Below, piece after piece: positions 1 through 5,995 of a stretch of 32,000 nucleotides of DNA; the stretch's first letter is position 1; each line of letters starts with the position of its first letter. Below the pieces are notes generated by a model. That model was not told the origin of the DNA. It ran no database searches and saw nothing but the letters and a program-made list of their open reading frames with translations. The stretch is from positions 540,001 to 572,000 of the forward strand of contig NC_009664.2 in assembly GCF_000017305.1 (NCBI RefSeq), written 5' to 3'. Position numbers and translations under genes: made by a program. The stretch comes from Kineococcus radiotolerans SRS30216 = ATCC BAA-149. GTDB lineage: Bacteria > Actinomycetota > Actinomycetes > Actinomycetales > Kineococcaceae.

Positions 1-808
1 GCACGTCGCCGGGGACGAGACCGAGGATCTCGTCGGGGCGCATCTGCGCCGCCTTCATCCGCACCGAGACCTCGACGGGGATGTGCTCGAGGTGGTCGTC
101 GAGGCGGTCGCGCATGAGGCGCCGGATCCGCAGCTCCTCGGGGCTGGCCACCCGCAGCTCGGCCGCGGTCAGCGCCGTCGACAGCGGGTCCAGCGGCATC
201 GCCAGGGTCGCGGTGCCGGCCACCCCGTCGACCTCCAGGTGGAAGGAGGACACGATCATCACGTCCGTGGCGGCCGCGGCCTGCGCGAAGGCGGGGTTCT
301 GGTCGATCGCGGTCAGCTTCGGCTTGAGGTCGGTGACCGTGACCAGCGAGGAGGCCAGCTCGACCAGGGTCCGCTCGACCATGCCGCGGGCCAGGACGGC
401 CTCGATGTCGGTCAGCTGCCGCTCGGGCTGGGCGTTGTGCCCGGTCCCGCCGAGCATCCGCTCGATGCAGGAGAGCACGAAGGCCATGTCCATGTGCAGG
501 ACGGCCGCCCCGACCAGCGGTTCGGGGTCGAAGACGGCCATGACCGTCGGCATCGGCAGCGACGCGGCGTACTCGTCGTAGCTGTACTGCTGGATGCCGT
601 CGAGCTCCACCTGCACCGTGGTGCGCAGGGTGGAGGACAGCAGCGTCGCCCACTGCCGGCAGAAGCCCTCGTAGGTGATCTCGAGCACGCGGGCGTGCTG
701 ACGGGACAGCTTGGTCGGCCGTCGGAAGTCGTACGGGACGGGAACACCGCGTCGCCGGGAGCGACGGGTGCCTGTCCGCTCTGCGGTGCTGGGGGTCTCG
801 GCTGCCAC
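1..808 (-). CDS. fliM: Flagellar motor switch protein FliM (N-terminal ~269 aa; 3' end lies beyond the window edge)
   Basis: Own minus-strand translation from GTG at 808: VAAETPSTAERTGTRRSRRRGVPVPYDFRRPTKLSRQHARVLEITYEGFCRQWATLLSSTLRTTVQVELDGIQQYSYDEY.... The PYDFRRP..LSR..(R)..LE pattern is a FliM hallmark. An in-frame TAG three codons upstream prevents a longer N-terminus. Absent from the ORF track because no stop falls in the window. Sits after fliL, as in fla operons. Confidence 0.85.
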   Translation of the reverse strand, partial: MAAETPSTAERTGTRRSRRRGVPVPYDFRRPTKLSRQHARVLEITYEGFCRQWATLLSSTLRTTVQVELDGIQQYSYDEYAASLPMPTVMAVFDPEPLVGAAVLHMDMAFVLSCIERMLGGTGHNAQPERQLTDIEAVLARGMVERTLVELASSLVTVTDLKPKLTAIDQNPAFAQAAAATDVMIVSSFHLEVDGVAGTATLAMPLDPLSTALTAAELRVASPEELRIRRLMRDRLDDHLEHIPVEVSVRMKAAQMRPDEILGLVPGDV

Positions 809-814
809 GCTCCC

Positions 815-862
815 CTATCGGCACGAACGGCCGTCACCCTTTAGCGCGAGCCCGAACGGGTG
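815..862 (-). promoter_or_regulatory. Promoter-like module upstream of fliM (sigma-28/WhiG-like geometry)
   Basis: Sense strand: CACCCGTTCGGGCTCGCG-CTAAAG-N17-(G)CCGATAG-GGGAGC-GTG(fliM). The -10-like box ends 6 nt before the start codon, so either the mRNA is leaderless or the purine run is only an SD. Confidence 0.4.
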
Positions 863-955
863 TTACCGGGCGCCCGGCCCTCAAGTCCGCCGGGTCCGGG
901 CGCGGGCTGCGCGGGGCTGCGCGGGGGCCGGGGGGCGCTGCGCGGGGACGACGAA

Positions 956-983
956 GGCCCCCGCGCGTCGTCGCACGGGGGCC
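956..983 (-). terminator. GC-rich stem-loop in the fliL-fliM gap
   Basis: GGCCCCCG-n12-CGGGGGCC. An overlapping alternative stem is GACGACG...CGTCGTC (948-973). Lies about 65-90 nt after the fliL stop. Confidence 0.4.
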
Positions 984-1046
984 CGGGTCGGACCAGGTCC
1001 GGTCAGGCGGAGCCGGTGGCGCCGGGTGGCGCCGGGTCGGGTCGGG

Positions 1047-1562
1047 TCACTGCATCACGAAGGACGTGAGGTAGATGCCCATGACCCCCTGGGTCTCCTC
1101 GCCCTCCTCGTCGTGGGTCATGTAGGCGTGGATGATCTTCTCCTGCAGCAGGTCCTTGTGGTGGTTGCGCTGCTCGGCGTTGGCCAGGTCGGCCATCGAC
1201 AGGTTGGAGAACTCGGAGATGATCAAGTCGTAGGCCTTGCTGCCGTCCAGGGCGGTGCTGCCGCCCCCGTGCCCGCCGGCGTCGGCGGCGGCGACGGCCT
1301 GCAGGCCGACGCCGATCTTGAGGTAGTGCCCGTCGGCGAGGTTCACGCTGATCGGGTCCAGCGCGGTGACGTCACCGGGGGTGAGGGTGGGCGTCGGGGT
1401 GGCCTCGGCCGCCGCGGCCGTGTCGCCCTTGGTGAGCATGAAGACGCCGGCGCCGGTGCCGCCGGCCAGCAGCACGGCCGCGGCCGCGCCGATGACGATG
1501 AGCTTCTTCGCGCCGCCGGGCTTGGCCTCGCCGTCGCCCGCCGTCTTGTCCTTCTTGGCCAT
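1047..1562 (-). CDS. fliL: Flagellar basal-body-associated protein FliL
   Basis: 171 aa. Lys-rich N-terminus, one TM (LIVIGAAAAVLLAGGTGAGVF), then a FliL-like domain (ISVNLADGHYLKIGVGLQ...LLQEKI). Directly downstream of motB. Confidence 0.85.
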   Translation of the reverse strand: MAKKDKTAGDGEAKPGGAKKLIVIGAAAAVLLAGGTGAGVFMLTKGDTAAAAEATPTPTLTPGDVTALDPISVNLADGHYLKIGVGLQAVAAADAGGHGGGSTALDGSKAYDLIISEFSNLSMADLANAEQRNHHKDLLQEKIIHAYMTHDEEGEETQGVMGIYLTSFVMQ

Positions 1563-1591
1563 GGGAACTCCGTTTCGGGGTCGTCAGGTGG

Positions 1592-2620
1592 TCAGTGGGC
1601 GACGTCGGTCGCGAGGTCCGGCGCGATGCCGGCGGCGACGTCGATGGCGACGTCGGTGGTGCTCACGGTGCTGGTGGTGGTCGAGGAACCGCTGGTGCCG
1701 CTGGTGCCAGTGAGCTCCGCCGGGCCGTCCCCGGTGGGGATGCCGGCGGCGACCTCGGGCAGGAGGGCCTTGACCGCGTCCGAGCTCGGCGAGGCGACGA
1801 CCAGGTCGACGCGGCGGTTGCCCGTCAGCGCCTTGGGGTCCTCGTTCGGGTAGAGCGGGCGGCTGTCGGCGTAGCCGGTGCCCGAGAGGTGGTTGCCGGG
1901 GATGCCGGCGGCGGTGAAGCGCTGCACGACCGTCATGGCGCGGGCGGCCGAGAGGTCCCAGTTGTCCCGGTAGCGGGTGGTCGCGCTCAGCGAGAGCGAG
2001 TTCGTGTGCCCCTGCACGGCGATGTCGTTGGGCAGCTGCGCCAGGATCGGCGCGATGACGTCGAGCACCTCGCGGCCCTTCTCCTCGACCTCGGCGGAGG
2101 CGTTGGCGAAGAAGACGTTGTCCGCGACCAGCCCGACGACGAGGCCGTCGGAGGTGATCCGGTAGGTCACCTGGTCCTGGTCGCCCTTGGCGGTGAGGGC
2201 CGCGTCGATCTGCTTGGCGATCTCGCGGTAGTCCTGCACCTCCTCCTGGGCGGCCTTGAGGTCCTCCTGGGTCTGCGCGGTCTGCGCGGCCTGGAGGATC
2301 TTCCGCACCTCGGTGGACACGCTCTGCTGCAACGGCTGGCCCGTGGAGTTGGGCGTGATGTCGATGGGCATGTCGCCGTTGGTGGCCTCCAGGATCCCGG
2401 CGCTGCCCGAGACGGCCTGGTTGCTGCTGCTGGTGCCCTTGGTGAGGCCGTCCTTGAACTGGGCGAACTTCAGCTGGTCGATCTGGCTGAGGGCGAAGAG
2501 GACGATGAACAGCGCCATGAGGACCGTCAGCATGTCGGCGTAGGCCACCAGCCAGCGTTCGTGGTTGGCGTGCTCCTCGTGCTCCTCGTGCTTGTGGCGC
2601 CGCTTGTGCGCTGCCGACAT
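1592..2620 (-). CDS. motB: Flagellar stator protein MotB (OmpA-like peptidoglycan-binding domain, Ser/Thr-rich C-terminal tail)
   Basis: 342 aa. TM with the conserved Asp (ERWLVAYADMLTVLMALFIVLF). OmpA-like motifs (VQGHTNSL...NWDLSAARA...GYADSRP...NRRVDLVV). ATGA overlap with motA. Confidence 0.9.
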   Translation of the reverse strand: MSAAHKRRHKHEEHEEHANHERWLVAYADMLTVLMALFIVLFALSQIDQLKFAQFKDGLTKGTSSSNQAVSGSAGILEATNGDMPIDITPNSTGQPLQQSVSTEVRKILQAAQTAQTQEDLKAAQEEVQDYREIAKQIDAALTAKGDQDQVTYRITSDGLVVGLVADNVFFANASAEVEEKGREVLDVIAPILAQLPNDIAVQGHTNSLSLSATTRYRDNWDLSAARAMTVVQRFTAAGIPGNHLSGTGYADSRPLYPNEDPKALTGNRRVDLVVASPSSDAVKALLPEVAAGIPTGDGPAELTGTSGTSGSSTTTSTVSTTDVAIDVAAGIAPDLATDVAH

Positions 2621-3393
2621 CAGGCCGCCTTCGCGTCCGGGACCGTGGTGCCCGGGGGCAGCAGGCTCTCCAGCTTCTTGGCGACCGAGCGGGGGTTGGA
2701 GCCGGCCTGGATGGCGAGGATGCCCTCGACGACCAGTTCCATCTGCGCGGTCTCCAGCGCGGACAGGCGGGTCAGGCGGCTCTGCATCGGCAGGTAGAGG
2801 ATGTTCGCGCTGGCGACGCCCCAGAAGGTCGCGACGAACGCGCCGGCGATCATCGGGCCGAGCGCGGCGGCGTCGGAGAGGTTCGCGAGCACGACGGTGA
2901 GGGAGATGACGGTGCCGCAGATGCCGACGCTGGGGGCGTAGCCGCCCATGTCGCCGAAGATCTTCGCGCCCTGCTTGTCCGCGGCCTTCTTGGCCTGGAT
3001 CTGGGCGGTGAGGATCTCGTAGAGCTCGTCGGGGTCGGTGCCGTCGATCGCGGTCTGCAGGCCGTTGCGGAGGAACTCGTCGTCGACCTCCTTGATGGCG
3101 TCCTCGAGGGCCAGCAGGCCCTCGCGGCGGGCGCGCTCGGCCATCTTGACGATGGTGCCGACGGTCTCGCCGGCGTTCTTCGGCTTGCCCAGGAACGCCT
3201 TCTTGACCTGCTTGATGGTCCCGGCGGCGTCCTTGAGGGTGCCACCCATGACGCCAACGCCGATGGTCCCGATGATCACCAGGACCAGGGGGCCGACGAG
3301 CAGGATGTCCGTGAGCGAACCACCCTCGTGGTTCTGCGTCCAGAGGACGGCGGCGACGGTGACGACGAGACCGCCGATGAATGCGAAGTCCAT
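2620..3393 (-). CDS. motA: Flagellar stator protein MotA
   Basis: 257 aa, 4-TM MotA/TolQ/ExbB-type layout with a charged cytoplasmic loop (ERARREGLLALEDAI) and a C-terminal GTVISL...LGPMIAGAFVATFWGV...LYLP segment. Paired with motB. Confidence 0.9.
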   Translation of the reverse strand: MDFAFIGGLVVTVAAVLWTQNHEGGSLTDILLVGPLVLVIIGTIGVGVMGGTLKDAAGTIKQVKKAFLGKPKNAGETVGTIVKMAERARREGLLALEDAIKEVDDEFLRNGLQTAIDGTDPDELYEILTAQIQAKKAADKQGAKIFGDMGGYAPSVGICGTVISLTVVLANLSDAAALGPMIAGAFVATFWGVASANILYLPMQSRLTRLSALETAQMELVVEGILAIQAGSNPRSVAKKLESLLPPGTTVPDAKAA

Positions 3394-3396
3394 GGC

Positions 3397-3714
3397 TCAG
3401 GGCCTCCTGCGGTGCAGCGGGACCGGGGCAGGCAGCTCGCCGTCCGTGTCGCTGGGGGTGGTCGGTTCGGTGGTGTGGTGCGGCAGCTCCAGGACGTCGG
3501 CGCCGGGGCCGGACTCCTCCAGGGAGTGCGCGGTGGCGACGACCCGCGCGCGGAACGCCATGACCCGCTCGATGATCTCGGCCAGCGGCTCGGTGACGAC
3601 GAACTTGGCGCCGTCGACGAGGGTGATGACCGTGTCGGGGGTCGAGTCGACGCGCTGGATCAGATCGGGGTTCACGGCGAACACCGACCCGTTGAGGCGA
3701 GTCACGAGGATCAC
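3397..3714 (-). CDS. flbD: Flagellar protein FlbD (start re-set; ORF-track entry 3397..3903 is over-extended)
   Basis: The FlbD-like core starts at the internal GTG at 3714 (V-ILVTRLNGSVFAVNPDLIQRVDSTPDTVITLVDGAKFVVTEPLAEIIERV). AAGGA sits about 10 nt upstream. The extra 63 codons upstream are Arg/Pro-rich and run through terminator hairpins. About 40 aa of acidic/Pro-rich C-terminal extension. Confidence 0.8.
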   Translation of the reverse strand: MILVTRLNGSVFAVNPDLIQRVDSTPDTVITLVDGAKFVVTEPLAEIIERVMAFRARVVATAHSLEESGPGADVLELPHHTTEPTTPSDTDGELPAPVPLHRRRP

Positions 3715-3771
3715 GTGGGGTCCGTCCTTGGGGTGGAGTGGGGTGCCCGTCCGTGGGCTGCTACGTCCAGT

Positions 3772-3799
3772 CCATCGGCGCACGGCGAGGGGACCTGAG
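3772..3799 (-). promoter_or_regulatory. Promoter-like module upstream of flbD-motAB-fliL
   Basis: Sense strand: CTCAGG-N15-(G)CCGATGG, about 55 nt upstream of the flbD GTG and just downstream of the flgE hairpins. A CACCCGTTCG box lies nearby (3816-3825) but in the opposite orientation. Confidence 0.3.
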
Positions 3800-3861
3800 A
3801 GAGGGTTGCGCGGTACACCCGTTCGTGCTAATGCCCTGCGGTTGTTCACTCTGCGCAACGA

Positions 3862-3898
3862 GAACACCCCCCTGGAGCGTTGCTCCAGAGGGGTGTTC
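3862..3898 (-). terminator. Strong stem-loop downstream of flgE (17-bp stem, 3-nt loop)
   Basis: GAACACCCCCCTGGAGC-gtt-GCTCCAGAGGGGTGTTC. On the minus-strand RNA the single imperfect position is a G-U pair. Followed on the sense strand by UCUCGUUG. Confidence 0.65.
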
Positions 3899-3906
3899 GG
3901 CACGTC

Positions 3907-3932
3907 CCCGGACCCGCTTGAGCGGGGCCGGG
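3907..3932 (-). terminator. Second stem-loop, 8 nt after the flgE stop (11-bp stem with one mismatch, TTGA/TCAA loop)
   Basis: CCCGGACCCGC-ttga-GCGGGGCCGGG read directly from the sequence. Confidence 0.5.
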
Positions 3933-3939
3933 ATCAGGG

Positions 3940-5328
3940 TCAGCGCTTGAGGTTGACCAGGTCCTGCAGCAGCTCGTCCGAGGAGGTGATGACCTTCGAG
4001 TTCGCCTGGAACCCGCGCTGGGCGAGGATCAGGTTGGTGAACTCGGCGGAGAGGTCGACGTTGGACATCTCCAGCGAGCCGGCGAGGATCGAGCCGCGGC
4101 CGGCGGAACCGGCGATGCCGAAGACGGGCTGCCCGGAGTTCGTCGAGACGCTGTAGAGGGAGTTACCCTCCTTGCGCAGACCAGCAGAGTTGTTGAAAGA
4201 AGCGATCGCGATCTGACCCAACGTCTGCTTGTAGCCGTTGGAGTAGTTGCCGGTGATGACCCCGTCAGTCCCGAAGGAGAAACCGGTCAAAGTGCCGATC
4301 GGGGCGCCGTCAGCGACAGGGTTGACGTTGCTGGTACCGGTGGTGCCGACATAGCTCGTCAAACCAGTAAGGTCCAAAGAAACCGTCGAGTCAGCCTTCG
4401 TTCCAGCGCCCTCCACGGTCGCCACCATGCTGTTGGTACCCTTCGCCGCACCGTCCGGATCGAACTCAACGGTCTCGGCAGTGGTTCCATCCGCCTTCTT
4501 GAGTACGACCTCCTTGCCGTTCGAGTCCACCGCCTTGACGTGCCAGACGTTGGTGGGCTCGTAGACGGCCGCCTTCGCTGGCGTGACCACACCATTTGCG
4601 TCGGTGCTTGCCGCCGTCGCGGCGGTGTAGTTCACATCGTTGGTGAAGGTGACGAAAACCTTGGTCGCAATTCCCTGGTCGTCATACGAGGAGAATGAGC
4701 TCGTGACCGCTGTTCCCTTGATCACGCCATCTCCAGGGGAGCTCCCAGTGACATACTGGTCAGCAGCAGGCAAAGCGGTCGGTGTCTTGAACGTCCGGTC
4801 GATGTTGCCCTTGAACTTCGCCTCAGTCGTGGCCACCGCCGGCATTACAGTGTCGGAGGGAATGACGAGCTTGCCGATCTGCCCGTTGGTGTTCACCGCC
4901 CCCGCCGCGTCGGCCTTCCAGCCCATGACGTAACCCCCGTCGTTGGTCACGACAGAGCCGTTGGCGTCGAGCGTGAACGAGCCGTTGCGCGAGTAGAAGG
5001 TGCCGTCGCCCTGCTGGATGGCGAACATGCCGTCGCCCTGCAGCATGAGGTCGGTGGACTTGCCCGTCGCCTGCGCCGAGCCCTGCGTCATGTTCTGGGT
5101 GATCGCGTTGACGCGGACGCCGAGGCCGACCTGGGCCGGGTTGGTACCGGCCGCAGCATCGGTGGGAGCACCGGCGGCCTTGGTGAGCTGAGACAACGTG
5201 TCGGCGAAGACGACGCTGGAGCTCTTGAAGCCGGCGGTGTTGACGTTGGCGATGTTGTTGCCGACGACGTCCATCATCGTCTGGTGGGAACGGAGACCGC
5301 TGACACCGGAGAACATGGAGCGGAGCAT
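3940..5328 (-). CDS. flgE: Flagellar hook protein FlgE
   Basis: 462 aa. N-terminus MLRSMFSGVSGLRSHQTMMDVVGNNIANVNTAGFK and C-terminus SNVDLSAEFTNLILAQRGFQANSKVITSSDELLQDLVNLKR are canonical rod/hook terminal motifs. Size and position after flgD fit. Confidence 0.95.
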   Translation of the reverse strand: MLRSMFSGVSGLRSHQTMMDVVGNNIANVNTAGFKSSSVVFADTLSQLTKAAGAPTDAAAGTNPAQVGLGVRVNAITQNMTQGSAQATGKSTDLMLQGDGMFAIQQGDGTFYSRNGSFTLDANGSVVTNDGGYVMGWKADAAGAVNTNGQIGKLVIPSDTVMPAVATTEAKFKGNIDRTFKTPTALPAADQYVTGSSPGDGVIKGTAVTSSFSSYDDQGIATKVFVTFTNDVNYTAATAASTDANGVVTPAKAAVYEPTNVWHVKAVDSNGKEVVLKKADGTTAETVEFDPDGAAKGTNSMVATVEGAGTKADSTVSLDLTGLTSYVGTTGTSNVNPVADGAPIGTLTGFSFGTDGVITGNYSNGYKQTLGQIAIASFNNSAGLRKEGNSLYSVSTNSGQPVFGIAGSAGRGSILAGSLEMSNVDLSAEFTNLILAQRGFQANSKVITSSDELLQDLVNLKR

Positions 5329-5380
5329 GCTTCAGACCTTTCGAGGGGCTGACGGGGAACTGGGATGGACTGGAGGAGGA

Positions 5381-5908
5381 TCAGGCCGACTTCGATGGGG
5401 TGGTCGTGGCCGCAGCCTCACCGATCCCCGAGACCCTGGACAGGACGACGCTGGTGCCGTCCACGTTGAGGACGGGCTCGCCGTTGGTACCGCCGGCCGA
5501 GCCCTGGGTGAAGGACGCGGACTTCACGACGCCGCTCTTCGCGGTGCCGTCCTCGCCGGTGTAGGAGACGATCTGACCGATGAGGGTGCTGGCCTGCAGC
5601 TTGTTCTGCGCCGCCAGCATGGACCCGCTGCTGGCCGCCACCTCCTGCATGGTCTCCAGCGCGGAGAACTGCGCGGTCTGGGCCATGAACTGGGTGGTGT
5701 CGGCCGGCTTGGACGGGTCCTGGTACTTCAGCTGCGCCACCAGGAGCTTGAGGAACGTGTCCTTGTCGGTCTTGGTCTTGGCGACCGCAGCCGAGGCGGA
5801 GGTGTCCGTCTTGTTCGCGTTCTTGGCCGCGTTGGTCTGCGTGATCAGGTCCGAGTTGGCCATGAGCCCGGCGTACGGGTTCGCGCCGCCGGCCGCATCA
5901 ACTGTCAT
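5381..5908 (-). CDS. flgD: Flagellar hook assembly (capping) protein FlgD
   Basis: 175 aa. KDTFLKLLVAQLKYQDPSKPADTTQFMAQTAQFSALE is the FlgD signature region. AAGGAG sits 6-7 nt before the ATG. Confidence 0.9.
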   Translation of the reverse strand: MTVDAAGGANPYAGLMANSDLITQTNAAKNANKTDTSASAAVAKTKTDKDTFLKLLVAQLKYQDPSKPADTTQFMAQTAQFSALETMQEVAASSGSMLAAQNKLQASTLIGQIVSYTGEDGTAKSGVVKSASFTQGSAGGTNGEPVLNVDGTSVVLSRVSGIGEAAATTTPSKSA

Positions 5909-5915
5909 GCCTACT

Positions 5916-5956
5916 CCTTCGGTCGAACGGGTGAGGGGCTTTAACCCGAACGGGCA
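5916..5956 (-). promoter_or_regulatory. Promoter-like module upstream of flgD
   Basis: Sense strand: TGCCCGTTCGGG-TTAAAG-N16-(A)CCGAAGG-AGTAGGC-ATG(flgD). A second CACCCGTTCG copy sits inside the spacer. The GAAGGAG part could equally be the flgD SD. Confidence 0.35.
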
Positions 5957-5995
5957 CCTTCGGCGCCCAGGCAGGTGGTCTCGGGCGGGCGGGCT

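Noticed and set aside
83-844. ORFs 81..581 (+), 83..844 (+) and 412..837 (-) at the window start
   Set aside because: The minus-strand frame that runs off the window edge encodes a clear FliM. The listed ORFs are its antisense or alternative frames.
860-1069. 69-aa plus-strand ORF in the fliL-fliM gap, and the plus-strand CTCAAGTCCGC copy at 880-890 as a promoter
   Set aside because: The ORF is Gly/Arg/Pro-rich with no RBS. The CTCAAG box at 880 has no CCGA-type box at N16 and no downstream plus-strand gene. It is noted only as sequence relatedness to 15928-15938.
3816-3835. Plus-strand CACCCGTTCGTGCTAATG as an antisense promoter reading into flgE
   Set aside because: Only the box and a CTAATG hexamer are present. 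No CCGA-type -10 at the right spacing and no plausible plus-strand product, so the evidence is insufficient.
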